Origin: Hyalangium minutum
GTDB lineage: Bacteria; Myxococcota; Myxococcia; Myxococcales; Myxococcaceae
Reading direction: 5' to 3'
Length of the DNA stretch: 62,000 nucleotides
Assembly (NCBI RefSeq): GCF_000737315.1
Contig: NZ_JMCB01000008.1
Span: 206,001-268,000 of the forward strand
The notes beneath the pieces were generated by a model, which had not been told where the DNA came from, did not search any database, and saw only the letters and a list, made by a program, of their open reading frames with translations. This document shows, in pieces, positions 37,840 through 47,753 of the stretch. The position numbers were made by a program, and so were the translations under genes. Each line of letters starts with the position of its first letter. Positions within the stretch are counted from its first letter, which is position 1.

Positions 37840-38928
37840 CTACTTCTTCTTGCTCAACTCCGCGTCGATGATGCTCTTGAATTCCTCGGCCGGCACCGCG
37901 CCCGACAGGACCACCCCGTTGATGAAGAAGGCTGGGGTGCCGCTGACCCCGGCCTTCTCACCGGCCGACATGTCCTTCTTCACGAGCTCGGCCTTCTTGC
38001 CGGAGTCCAGGCACTCGTTGAAGCGGGCGGTGTCCAGGCCCAGGTCCGCGGCGTGCTTCTTCAGGTCGTCCACCTTGAGGGCGCCCTGATTGGCGAACAG
38101 CTTGTCGTGGTACTCCCAGAACTTCTTCTGGTCATCGGCGCACGCGGCGGCCTCGGCGGCCTTCGGGGCGTCCTGGTGGAAGCTCAGCGGGAAGTGGCGG
38201 AACACCAGGCGCACCTTGTCGCCGTACTGCTTCACCACCTCGTCCACGGTGACCTTGGCGCGGCTGCAGAACGGGCACTGGAAGTCGCTGAACTCGACGA
38301 TCGTGATGGGGGCGTTGTCCGGGCCCTTGGCCGGGCCGGTGGCCTCCACCTGGATGCGCTTCTCCGGCAGGAGGACCTTCACGTCCGCCTTGGACTTCAG
38401 GTCATTGAACAGCGCCTGCGCCTTCTCGCGCTTGCCCTGCTCGCCCAGCATCTTGACGATCTCGGGCTTGACCTGCTCCAGCGTCACCTCTGCGGGCAGC
38501 TGGCCGGCGGCCTTGGCCTGGTCGTAGATCTTCTGGATCTCCGCGTCGCTCGGCTGGGCGGACTTGTCCTCCACCTCGGCCTTGAGCAGCGCGTCCTCGT
38601 TGGGCAGGCCGCGCTTCTTGGCCTCGGCCTGAACGAGCTTCTCGATGATGTAGCCATCCAGGCCGCGCTTGAGCAGGTCCTGCTTGCGCTTGTCGAGGTC
38701 CGCCAGCGGCGCGCCAATGCGGCCGGTCAGCTCGCCGTAGGTGACCTTCTGCTCGGCGCCGTCCACCTTGTAGGTGCCGACGACGGCGTCCGGGGCGAGC
38801 TCACACTGGCCGCCCGAGGCGGAAGCGGTGGCGGGGTTGGCCGCGGGAGACGTCTGCTTGTTGCAGCCGACGGCAAAGGAGGCCGCGAGCACCGCGGCCA
38901 GAAGAATACGGGAGGAGCGCTTGGACAT
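37840..38928 (-). CDS. DsbA/thioredoxin-fold lipoprotein
   Basis: AVGC lipobox; EFSDFQCPFC, GVSGTPAFFING. Confidence 0.92.
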   Translation of the reverse strand: MSKRSSRILLAAVLAASFAVGCNKQTSPAANPATASASGGQCELAPDAVVGTYKVDGAEQKVTYGELTGRIGAPLADLDKRKQDLLKRGLDGYIIEKLVQAEAKKRGLPNEDALLKAEVEDKSAQPSDAEIQKIYDQAKAAGQLPAEVTLEQVKPEIVKMLGEQGKREKAQALFNDLKSKADVKVLLPEKRIQVEATGPAKGPDNAPITIVEFSDFQCPFCSRAKVTVDEVVKQYGDKVRLVFRHFPLSFHQDAPKAAEAAACADDQKKFWEYHDKLFANQGALKVDDLKKHAADLGLDTARFNECLDSGKKAELVKKDMSAGEKAGVSGTPAFFINGVVLSGAVPAEEFKSIIDAELSKKK

Positions 38929-38982
38929 GGGTCCGGCGTCTTAATCGAGGTCTCCCGTGCCTCGCAAAAGAAACTTCCGGCT

Positions 38983-39927
38983 TCAGGCGACCAGCGGCTC
39001 CAGATCCATGCCACCCGACAGCTCGGGCAAGCGCACTTCGGGCCGCTCTGTGTCCACCGGACGACCCTGCACCAGCTCGTAGCAGCTCGGATCGGACAGC
39101 ACTTTCTGCACCAGCTTGTGGTTGAGCGCGTGGCCCGTCTTGAAGACCTTCAGGTGGCCAATGACCGGGCGCCCGAACAGGGACACGTCGCCCACGGCGT
39201 CGAGAATCTTGTGCCGGACGAACTCATCCGGGAAGCGCAGCCCCTCGGGGTTGAGGATGGTGGACTCGTCCACGACGATGGCGTTGTCCAGCGAGCCACC
39301 GCGCGCCAGGCCGTGCTTCTTGAGCATCTCCACGTCCCGCAGGAAGCCGAAGGTGCGCGCGCGCGAAATCTCACCGGCGAAGCCCCGCTCGCTCACCTCC
39401 ACCTCGAAGGACTGGCAGGAGATCATCGGGTGCTTGAAGTCGATGGAGCAGCTGATCCGGAAGCGGCGGGCCGGAGACAGCGTGGCCTCCTTGTCACCCT
39501 CCACCACCGTGACGGGCTTGTTGATGACCAGGTAGAGGCGCTGCTCCTCCAGCTCGCGCACGCCCACGCTGGTGATCATCTGCACGAAGTGCTCGGCGCT
39601 GCCGTCCATGACGGGCACCTCGGGACCATCCAGCTCCACGCGCACGTTGTCGATGCCCAGCCCGGCCAGCGCCGACAGCAGGTGCTCCACCGTGCCCACC
39701 TTCACCCCGTCCTTACCCAAGGTGGTGGCCATGGAGGTGTCCACCACGTACTGCGAGAGGGCCGGGATGGCCACCTGGGCTGCTGTGTCCGTGCGGACGA
39801 AGACGATGCCGTGGTGGGCCGGAGCAGGCCACAGGGTGAGGTTTACCATCGCGCCAGAGTGGAGCCCCACCCCCTTGCAGGACACGGGCTCGGAGATGGT
39901 GCGCTGATGGTCGGGAAACACAGGCAT
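38983..39927 (-). CDS. lpxC: UDP-3-O-acyl-N-acetylglucosamine deacetylase
   Basis: GVGLHSG, TVEHLLSAL, GPEVPVMDGSA, ARTFGF, RHKILDAVGD, TGHALN. Confidence 0.98.
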   Translation of the reverse strand: MPVFPDHQRTISEPVSCKGVGLHSGAMVNLTLWPAPAHHGIVFVRTDTAAQVAIPALSQYVVDTSMATTLGKDGVKVGTVEHLLSALAGLGIDNVRVELDGPEVPVMDGSAEHFVQMITSVGVRELEEQRLYLVINKPVTVVEGDKEATLSPARRFRISCSIDFKHPMISCQSFEVEVSERGFAGEISRARTFGFLRDVEMLKKHGLARGGSLDNAIVVDESTILNPEGLRFPDEFVRHKILDAVGDVSLFGRPVIGHLKVFKTGHALNHKLVQKVLSDPSCYELVQGRPVDTERPEVRLPELSGGMDLEPLVA

Positions 39928-40324
39928 TGCCGTATCGCCTCTCTTACTGCTTCGGTCCGGCAGGTGTTGCCGAAGGGGCCCTCCGGATCAGGCCCGAATC
40001 GTTCACTTCTGGATCTGGGACAGCCCTCAGAGATGAGCAAACCCTATGCCACTGACTTGGAAACCTGTCCGGTCGGACGGACAGGCCCACTGCCTGATAT
40101 CCCTTTGAAATGACTGGGCTTTTTTCCGGCACTGGCGTCAGGACCGCGCTCCTGTAGGGCTTTCCCCCCTCAATTGGCTGGGTCTCTTCGACATCACCGT
40201 GACATCTGTGTCCGAGATCCATCACAAACTGGCGGGTCCATAACGCAGGCAACCGCCCGGAAGCAAACACTCCTCAGGCAGAGGCCTCAGCGAGGGCCGA
40301 CCCTGTAAAATCAGCAGTGGGAGC

Positions 40325-41809
40325 TCAACGGTGCGCAGGCGCCAAGAAGCGGTCCCGGAGGGCCTCGGCTTCTTTGCGGTCAAACGTTCGCCCCTGGAGA
40401 AGCACCCGGCGGCTCACGGAGGTGAAGGTGCTCTCCAGCGTGGGCGTGAAGAGGCGCAAGTCTTCAGCCAGCCGGTGGCGGATGCCGGGGCCCTCGGGCG
40501 GCCAGGGCAGCTCCAGCAGGAGCCCGGTAAAGCGATCGAAGGGCTCGTAGTCCGAGTAGCGGAGCAGCTGGTAGCTCCCGTCCTGGAAGTAGCTCAGGAA
40601 GGACTTGAGGGATGACAGGGCGGCCTCCGCGGCCGGCACGTCCTCCGAGTGCATGGCCGTCTCCGTGGCCCGGCACAGCTGGCCGAAGACCCACAGGTCC
40701 TTGCGCAGCCGCTGGGCCATGGCCTCCTGGGAGACGAGCTGGGCGAAGGTGTCCTCTGCGGTGGCGGCGCCCGGCGCGAGCGCCTCCACGAGCGCGACAA
40801 TCTGAGCGCGGAAGAGCGCGGTGAAGGCGGCGGCGGCCTTCATGGAGGGGCCCGTCTCGGCGTCCTCCTGCGCGGGGAGCACCTCGCGGGCGATGCGGTT
40901 GGTCTCCTTGGCGATGTCGCGGGCGGCGCGCAGGCCGGCGGCCTTGAGGCGCTTGGGGCCTACCTGCATGGCCAGCTCGTGGCGGAGGTAACCCACCAGG
41001 CTCACCGCCTCACTGCGCACCAGCGCGAGCACCACGCGCACGCGCCGGGGCGGGGCCTCGTCTCCCTCCTGAGCCACATAGGAGAGGTAGTGGAGCAGCC
41101 GGAACAGCGCGAGGAAGGCGGTGGAGAAGCCGGGGCGGACGTCCGCGGGCTGGCTGGCGAGCAGGTCCAACACCCGCACCGAGCGCAGCCGGTCGTACTC
41201 GATGCGGAACTCCAGCGACCGGAAGGGGCGGAAGTAGCGGTTGAGGACGATCTCCCGCAGGGCCAGGTTGCCCACGTCCGTGAAGAGGTTGAGGCTGCAC
41301 ACGGGCAGCTTGAGCAGGTGATCGATCAGGTTGCGCAGGGCCTCGAAGGCCTCGCGCAGCACGAAGAGGCTCTCCTGGGGCGTCTCCTGGACGAGCTCTT
41401 CCTCGATGAAGGCGCTGCGGACCCGGTCATCGGCCAGCTGGCTCTCCACGTACTTGCGGAAGACGCGCTTGGAGTCCGAGTCCGGATCCAACAGCCGGCG
41501 GCCGATGCGGATGGCGCGGTGGATGGCGTCGCGGACGTCCTCGAGCTCCTCGTGGAAGTCCCGGGTGACGAGGGGGCGCTCGTGGGCATCCACCACCGAG
41601 TTGTGCAGGTGGAAGTAGCGCTCCACCCCGCGCAGGAGCATCTCGAACTCGAAGAGCTGCTCCTCGCGGCCCTCGATGGTGACACTGCGCAGCCAGCGCT
41701 CGCGCTCGGCGAGCATGATGGCCCGCGAGCCTTGGGTGGTGCTCATCAGGTCCGCGTAGAAGTCGCGGGCGGCCGTCGAGGCATCTCCCTGGGCGCGTGC
41801 CTGGCTCAT
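40325..41809 (-). CDS. Conserved-looking helical hypothetical protein, 494 aa
   Basis: Long ORF with strong GC3 bias, directly downstream of ruvB; no motif recognised. Confidence 0.8.
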   Translation of the reverse strand: MSQARAQGDASTAARDFYADLMSTTQGSRAIMLAERERWLRSVTIEGREEQLFEFEMLLRGVERYFHLHNSVVDAHERPLVTRDFHEELEDVRDAIHRAIRIGRRLLDPDSDSKRVFRKYVESQLADDRVRSAFIEEELVQETPQESLFVLREAFEALRNLIDHLLKLPVCSLNLFTDVGNLALREIVLNRYFRPFRSLEFRIEYDRLRSVRVLDLLASQPADVRPGFSTAFLALFRLLHYLSYVAQEGDEAPPRRVRVVLALVRSEAVSLVGYLRHELAMQVGPKRLKAAGLRAARDIAKETNRIAREVLPAQEDAETGPSMKAAAAFTALFRAQIVALVEALAPGAATAEDTFAQLVSQEAMAQRLRKDLWVFGQLCRATETAMHSEDVPAAEAALSSLKSFLSYFQDGSYQLLRYSDYEPFDRFTGLLLELPWPPEGPGIRHRLAEDLRLFTPTLESTFTSVSRRVLLQGRTFDRKEAEALRDRFLAPAHR

Positions 41810-41823
41810 CGGCGGAGTTCCTA

Positions 41824-42858
41824 TCAGAAGAGGGCGCCCTGGGGTGAAGCGGGCGGCGGCGTCTTCTTGAAATAGCTGTAGGCCCGATGCGTCGCCGTCC
41901 GGCCCCGAGGGGTGCGCTGGAGGAAACCTTCTTGGAGCAGAAAGGGCTCGTACACGTCCTCGATGGTGTCTCGCTGCTCGCCCACACTGGCAGCGATGGT
42001 CTCCACCCCCACCGGCCCCCCACCGAACTTCTCGATGATGGTGAGCAGAATCTTCCGGTCCATGGAGTCCAGGCCGCTGGCGTCCACGCCGAGCCTGTCG
42101 AGCGAGGACCGGGCCAGCTCCAGGGAGATGGTGCCCTCGCCCTCGACCTGGGCGAAGTCGCGCAGGCGGCGCAACAGCCGGTTGGCGATGCGCGGGGTGC
42201 CTCGGGAGCGGGTGGAGATCTCCTTGCTGGCGTCCTTGTCCATCGGGATGCCGAGGATGCGCGCCGAGCGGTTGAGGATGAGCTCCAGGTGCTTGGGCTC
42301 GTAGTACTCGAGGCGCTCCTGAATCTGGAAGCGGTCGCGGAGCGGCGAGGTGAGCAGGCCCGTGCGGGTGGTGGCGCCGATGAGGGTGAAGGGCGGCAGG
42401 TCGATCTTCATCGCGCGGGCGGCGGGGCCCGTGTCGATGGTGATGTCCAGCCGGAAGTCCTCCATGGCCGGGTAGAGGTACTCCTCGATGGCGGCGTTGA
42501 GGCGGTGGATCTCGTCGATGAAGAGGACGTCGCGCTCGTTGAGGTTGGTGAGCAACCCGGCCAGGTCGCCCTTGCGCTCCAGGGCGGGGCCGCTGGTGAC
42601 GTGGATGCCCACGCCGAGCTCGGAGGCAATGATGTGGGCCAGCGACGTCTTGCCCAGGCCCGGGGGCCCGGAGAACAGACAGTGGTCGAGCGCGTCGCCG
42701 CGGCTGCTGGCCGCGAGCACGTAGACTTTGAGCTTCTCGAGGACCTGGGACTGGCCCACGTACTCGTCGAAGGTGCGCGGCCGGAGCGAGACTTCCAGGC
42801 GGACATCGTCCCCCTGGACTTCCCCGGACAGCGTCTCGGACTTGCGCTTCGTAGCCAT
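41824..42858 (-). CDS. ruvB: Holliday junction branch migration helicase RuvB
   Basis: [46 protein letters not shown]. Confidence 0.98.
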   Translation of the reverse strand: MATKRKSETLSGEVQGDDVRLEVSLRPRTFDEYVGQSQVLEKLKVYVLAASSRGDALDHCLFSGPPGLGKTSLAHIIASELGVGIHVTSGPALERKGDLAGLLTNLNERDVLFIDEIHRLNAAIEEYLYPAMEDFRLDITIDTGPAARAMKIDLPPFTLIGATTRTGLLTSPLRDRFQIQERLEYYEPKHLELILNRSARILGIPMDKDASKEISTRSRGTPRIANRLLRRLRDFAQVEGEGTISLELARSSLDRLGVDASGLDSMDRKILLTIIEKFGGGPVGVETIAASVGEQRDTIEDVYEPFLLQEGFLQRTPRGRTATHRAYSYFKKTPPPASPQGALF

Positions 42859-42961
42859 GGCGGTGTTCACCCTACCAAGAACGGCGTGTGTGTCGCGGTC
42901 CATCTCCTGGCGGCGCTAGACTCGCGCGCCTTGATGGCCGGTGGGCCAGGGGGCGCGCAAA

Positions 42962-44200
42962 GTGAAGGGTCTCGTCTTCGATCTCTCCATCCCCAAGTAC
43001 GTGCTCGCCAAGGGGATCGGCGGGCTGTACCCGAAGATTCACTACGGACCGGGGAGCTGCCTGTCCCTGAGAGAGCTGCCCTCCCCCACTCCGCCCGGCC
43101 CCGAGTGGGTCCGGCTGAAGCCGCTGCTGGCCGGGCTGTGCGGCTCGGACATGGCCACGTTCTTCTTCAAGGCCAGTCCGCAGTTGGAGCCCTTCAATAG
43201 CTTCCCGGCGGTGCTGGGGCACGAGATCCTCGCCGAGGTGGCGGCGGTGGGCCCGGAGACACGGGGAGTCACAGTGGGGCAGCGCGTGGCGGTGAACCCG
43301 CTGCTGCCGTGCCGGCTGCGAGGCATCCAGCCGCCGTGCAAGCCATGCGCGTCGGGGCAGGAGAACGGGTGCGAGCACACGGCCGAGGGCTGCCTGGCGG
43401 CCGGGCAAATGCTCGGCTACCAGAAGGATCTGCCGGGGGGCATGGGCACGGAGATGGTGGCGCACCCGTCGCAGCTCCACGCCGTGCCGGATCGGGTGTC
43501 GAACAAGGCGGGCGTGTTGGTGGAGCCGCTGGCGGTGAGTCTGCATGCGGTGCTCAAGGCGGGGCTCCGGGATGAGGACCGGGTGCTGGTGATTGGCGGT
43601 GGGCCCGTGGCCTTCGCGGCGCTGTGGGCCATCCGAGCACTGGGGCACCGGAGCCATGTGACGCTGCTGGCGACGGAGGAGTACCAGCTGAAGCTCGCCC
43701 GGCAGCTGGGGGCGGATGAGGCGCTGCGGGTGAAGGATGACGCGGGGGAGGCCGAGGAGGTGGCGCGGCTGACGGGGGCGAAGGTCTACAAGCCCGTGAT
43801 TGGACCGCCTGCGCTGTCAGGAGGCTTCGAGGTGACGATCGACTGCATCGGCAGCGCAGGATCGGTGCAGGACTCGTTGAGGTACACGCGGGCACTGGGG
43901 CGGGTGGTGCTGGTGGGGGCGGCGGGGATTTTGGAGCGGGTGGACTGGACCACTGTGTGGAGGAATGAACTGACGCTGCTCGGTTCGTACGTGTACGGGC
44001 CGGAAAGCTTCCGGGGCGAGCGCAAGCACACCTTCGATCTGGTACTGGAGCTGTTGGCCCGCCGGGAGGGACCGGACCCATCCGTGCTCGTGACACACAC
44101 CTTCCCGCTCTCGCGGTATCGAGAGGCCATCGAGGCAAACCTGGCGCGAGGGCGCTACCACTCTGTGAAGACGGCATTCGACCTGACGGTGACCGCATGA
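42962..44200 (+). CDS. Zn-dependent medium-chain dehydrogenase
   Basis: GLCGSD, VLGHEI, structural C-x8-C-x2-C-x7-C, VIGGGPV. Confidence 0.92.
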   Translation: MKGLVFDLSIPKYVLAKGIGGLYPKIHYGPGSCLSLRELPSPTPPGPEWVRLKPLLAGLCGSDMATFFFKASPQLEPFNSFPAVLGHEILAEVAAVGPETRGVTVGQRVAVNPLLPCRLRGIQPPCKPCASGQENGCEHTAEGCLAAGQMLGYQKDLPGGMGTEMVAHPSQLHAVPDRVSNKAGVLVEPLAVSLHAVLKAGLRDEDRVLVIGGGPVAFAALWAIRALGHRSHVTLLATEEYQLKLARQLGADEALRVKDDAGEAEEVARLTGAKVYKPVIGPPALSGGFEVTIDCIGSAGSVQDSLRYTRALGRVVLVGAAGILERVDWTTVWRNELTLLGSYVYGPESFRGERKHTFDLVLELLARREGPDPSVLVTHTFPLSRYREAIEANLARGRYHSVKTAFDLTVTA

Positions 44201-45270
44201 CTCCGAGCTTTCGTCCCCTTCCCTCCCTGACCGCGGCCCGTGCCGAGCAGGTGCCGGGACTCCGCCTCACGCAGCTCCGCCGCGCCGCGCAGGAGGCGCG
44301 CGAGGCGTTCGTCGCCGGTGGACCGGTGACGGCGGTAGCCACGTGCGATTTGATTACGTTCCCGTACCCGGCGCAGTTCGCATTCAGCGGGGCGGCGCTG
44401 TCTCCGGCGCCGTACGTGATGATGAAGAACCGGATGCAGGTGGTGCAGTTCCTGGAGGACGGGGAGCTGCGCACGCTGCTGTTCAACCCGAGCGACTACG
44501 AGCGCGGGATGGCGGCGCCGTTCTTCCGGGGCCTGCGCGAGAAGTACGGGCACTTCGTCTCGGACAAGGTGATGTCCACTCGGCACGGGACGGTGCAGAG
44601 CCACCTGGCGGCACTGGGGCTGAAGCCGGAGGACGTGGACTACATCGCGTTCGACCACCTGCACGTGCAGGACGTGCGCGGATGGCTGGGGGGCGAGGGC
44701 GCGTCGGCATACTTCCCTCGGGCGAAGCTGCTGGTGCAGCAGGCCGAGTGGCTGGGCGCGAAGAACCTGCACCCGATGCAGGCAGCCTGGTACGTGCCGA
44801 ACGGCACGGCGGGAGTGCCCGAAGAGCGGGTGGTGCTGCTGGACGGGGATGCGTGGCTGGGGCCGGGGGTGGCGATTCTTTCCACGCCAGGACACACGCT
44901 GGGGAACATGTCGCTGGCGGTGGCCACGGACCGCGATGTGTTCGTGGTGAGTGAGAACGGCGTGGCGACGGAGAGCTACACGCCGCTGCAGTCGGGGATT
45001 CCGGGAGTACGGACCTTCGCCGAGCACATGGGCATGGAGGTGGTGCTCAACGGCAACACGCGCGAGCACTCGCTGGACCAATACTCGTCAATGGTGGTGG
45101 AGAAGCTGTTCGCGGGGCCGTCTCCGGTGGACGGGGCCTACGTGAACTTCCACCCGTCCTCACTGCTCACGGGTTCCATGCTGGCCCCGGGGTTGTCACC
45201 CACGGTGGTGCTACCGGCGCCGAACTTCGGGGACGTGCGCCCGCCCGCTGCTGCGCGCCAGGCAGCCTGA
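44197..45270 (+). CDS. Metallo-beta-lactamase-fold hydrolase with a variant motif
   Basis: FDHLHVQD (variant of HxHxDH), STPGHTLG; ATGA overlap with the upstream gene. Confidence 0.8.
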   Translation: MTPSFRPLPSLTAARAEQVPGLRLTQLRRAAQEAREAFVAGGPVTAVATCDLITFPYPAQFAFSGAALSPAPYVMMKNRMQVVQFLEDGELRTLLFNPSDYERGMAAPFFRGLREKYGHFVSDKVMSTRHGTVQSHLAALGLKPEDVDYIAFDHLHVQDVRGWLGGEGASAYFPRAKLLVQQAEWLGAKNLHPMQAAWYVPNGTAGVPEERVVLLDGDAWLGPGVAILSTPGHTLGNMSLAVATDRDVFVVSENGVATESYTPLQSGIPGVRTFAEHMGMEVVLNGNTREHSLDQYSSMVVEKLFAGPSPVDGAYVNFHPSSLLTGSMLAPGLSPTVVLPAPNFGDVRPPAAARQAA

Positions 45271-45720
45271 GCAACGGGGCCACTGGCATCCACAGCTCAC
45301 GGAGGTCGCGAGGCCAGGACTTTTGCCACCCACTGACGAGTGTCTTCCGCCGAAGCGGCATTCTCCTGGTACATCCATGAATCAAACCTTCCCGTGCTGA
45401 TCATGTCGCAGAGTGCAGAATCGGCAGAGAGAAGTTCCGGGACGTCTCAGGGGAAAGCAACAGAAGGCACTTGCCGCGTCTTGAAATCTGGGAGGGCCAG
45501 CAGTCCCCAAGTCAGCGCTCTCCACCCAGGATTCATGCGCATGTGCGTCCGCCCCGTGATGCGAGCGGTGCTGGTTTTGTATGGTGTGGCTTCTGCCTAC
45601 TCTAGCGCGCACCAGCCCTGAACGTGCCGTCCTCGTTACTACCAAACCCTTGAAAAGACTGGGCCTGCTCCCATGCCTCAGTGCGAACCCGTGCGCTCTG
45701 GCCCTCCGCCTCGTTCGCCG

Positions 45721-45852
45721 GAGCTAACCAGTTAGCTCTGAACCTCGGGCCCGCTCGTCACTGCCAACCGGTTGGCACTGTCCCTCCGCCCCGTTCGTCA
45801 CTGCCAACCAGTTGGCTCTGTCCCTCTCCCACTGCCGATGGGTTGGCCCTGG
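45721..45852. repeat. Array of palindromic units phased at 40 bp
   Basis: GAGCTAACCAGTTAGCTC, TGCCAACCGGTTGGCA and GCCAACCAGTTGGC are centred at 45729/30, 45769/70 and 45809/10. A degenerate fourth unit is centred at 45840/41. Confidence 0.85.
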
Positions 45853-45980
45853 CACCTCCTGGATGCTCTCACTGCTGCCAAATGCCTGAAGGCGTTCCAC
45901 CTCCTAGGTTGTTTCAAGGGAGACTACCTGTCTGGTCTTCTTTCCCGCCCGGAGGTACCTTCTTGGGAACTTCCCACGCC

Positions 45981-47387
45981 ATGCACCCCTCTACCCTTCC
46001 TCCAGGTTCGATCGTCGGCTCCTGGCGCCTGCTGGGTCTGGCCTCCCAAGGCTCCTTTGGTGCCGTCTTCCGCGCGGAGAGCACCACCGCTCCCGAGTCA
46101 GGCCCCGTCGCTCTCAAGTTCGCGCTCCAGCCAGGGGATCCCCGCTTTGCCCTGGAGGCAGCGTTTCTCTCCCGCATGAAGCACCCGAACTTGCCCCTCC
46201 TGCGGGACTCGGGCGAGTGGCACAGCCCCAGCGGCACGACCTACTCGTTCCTGGTCATGGACTGGGAGGAGGGTCTGCCCCTGTACTCCTGGGCCCGGCT
46301 CCGGCCCCGCTCCTCGCGGGAGGTGCTGCGCGTCCTGGCTCAAGGCGCCCGCGCACTCCAAGCCATCCATTCCGCCGGTGGGCTCCACCGCGACGTCAAA
46401 GGGGACCATTTCCTCGTGCGCCCCGAAGATGGGCACGCCGTGCTGGTGGACTTCGGCTCCTGCACCTTCCGCGGCGCTCCCGTCATCACCCGCAACTCCG
46501 GGCCTCCCAGCACGCCCGAATACCTCAGCCCTCAGTCCCTCGTTCACCAGTGGAGGTTCCGCCGGGATCCCACAGCTCGCTATGAGCCCTCTGTTGCGGA
46601 TGACGTGTACGCCCTGGGCGTCACTGCCTACCGGCTCGTCACCGAGCGTTACCCGCTCATCGCCGACGACGACTCCGGAACGGATGAGGGCCAGGACGAC
46701 TCCCTCCCCATCATTCCCAAACTCGTGCCCGCGGACGTGCTCGTTCAGCTCAGCCCCGAGTTGGCCCTGTGGATCCGGCAGCTGCTGTCCGTGGAGCCCT
46801 CAGCCCGAGGAACTCCGGCGGAGTTGGTCAGGGGCCTGGAGCGGTCGGCGAACACCGAGGGCGCCAAAGCGGACAAGCCCATCGGCCCGATCAGGGCTCA
46901 CTCCGCCCCCAGAAAAGCAATTCCCCAGCAAAAGCCTCCACCTCCCATGCCGAGCCGTGCGCTCCGTTGGAAGGTGTGGTTCGGCGCCACGGCCTTGACC
47001 CTTGTGTTGGTCGCTGGAGGGGGAGGACTGCTCCATGCGCAGATGGAACAATCTTCTTCCTCCGGCCAGCCCCCCACTCTCATGCAGCAGTTCCCCACCG
47101 TGCATGCAGAGACTTCAGGGCTCGGAGAACTTGAGCTCCCGGAACCTCTAAATCCATCCGAGCCCATGCCTCCACACGAGGGGATTAACGCCCCCATCCC
47201 CGATGGTCCCCTCCAAGGCCAGCGCACGCCTCCGTGCAGGAAACCCCTGGTCGAGATCAACGGTGGCTGCTGGAGCCTCGTAGGCAATGAAACGCCTCCC
47301 TGCTCCGACATCACCTATGAGTGGCGGAAGCAGTGCTACCTGCCCTTCATGGCTCCCTCGCGGCCCTTGAACACGAGAGAAAAGTAG
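45981..47387 (+). CDS. Ser/Thr protein kinase (myxobacterial expanded type) with TM segment and Cys-containing C-tail
   Basis: QGSFGAV, VALKF, HRDVKGDH, DFG, TM helix, GQRTPPC...EINGGCW. Confidence 0.9.
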   Translation: MHPSTLPPGSIVGSWRLLGLASQGSFGAVFRAESTTAPESGPVALKFALQPGDPRFALEAAFLSRMKHPNLPLLRDSGEWHSPSGTTYSFLVMDWEEGLPLYSWARLRPRSSREVLRVLAQGARALQAIHSAGGLHRDVKGDHFLVRPEDGHAVLVDFGSCTFRGAPVITRNSGPPSTPEYLSPQSLVHQWRFRRDPTARYEPSVADDVYALGVTAYRLVTERYPLIADDDSGTDEGQDDSLPIIPKLVPADVLVQLSPELALWIRQLLSVEPSARGTPAELVRGLERSANTEGAKADKPIGPIRAHSAPRKAIPQQKPPPPMPSRALRWKVWFGATALTLVLVAGGGGLLHAQMEQSSSSGQPPTLMQQFPTVHAETSGLGELELPEPLNPSEPMPPHEGINAPIPDGPLQGQRTPPCRKPLVEINGGCWSLVGNETPPCSDITYEWRKQCYLPFMAPSRPLNTREK

Positions 47388-47433
47388 CTGGCCGTCGAGA
47401 CATTCAGTAGGTCCACAGCAGACGGAGGAACTG

Positions 47434-47661
47434 ATGCAGACCGTGGGGGAAAAGCTCTTCGCTCAAGGGGAGGCCAAGGGAGAGGCCAAGGGCCAAGCCA
47501 AGTACCTCCTCCGGACCCTGGACCGGCGCGGTATTCCCATGGATGCCAAGACCCGTCGGCGCATCCTTGCTTGCAAGGACACCCGCCTGCTCGACCAGTG
47601 GTGTGACCGGGCCCTGACCGCCACCACCCTGGCCGAAGTCCTGGGCGAAGCCTCCAAATAG
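47434..47661 (+). CDS. Stand-alone C-terminal fragment of an Rpn/transposase_31-family protein (RpnS/DUF4351-like), 75 aa
   Basis: MQTVGEKL.AQGEAKGEAKG...LLR.L.RRG...LDQWCDRALTA.TLAEVL; GGAGG 5 nt upstream. Confidence 0.8.
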   Translation: MQTVGEKLFAQGEAKGEAKGQAKYLLRTLDRRGIPMDAKTRRRILACKDTRLLDQWCDRALTATTLAEVLGEASK

Positions 47662-47753
47662 CCCCGCCCGAACGTCTCCAGGTATCCGAAATACCCCGGG
47701 GGGCTCACACAAGCCCCCCATCCGGGCCGCTCTGGTGCTATCTGTCCCGGGCC

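Noticed and set aside
39928-40324. ncRNA in the 400-bp region upstream of lpxC (8-bp hairpin at 40064-40085)
   Set aside because: A single hairpin with no terminator or family motif is not enough evidence.
45271-45700. Lower-GC stretch with short ORFs (45340..45621, 45382..45645)
   Set aside because: No codon bias or recognisable motif in any frame. Probably degraded or regulatory DNA.
45721-45852. Palindromic repeats as a CRISPR array
   Set aside because: The 40-bp period is too short for repeat plus spacer, the inter-unit sequence is itself partly repeated, and there are no cas genes.
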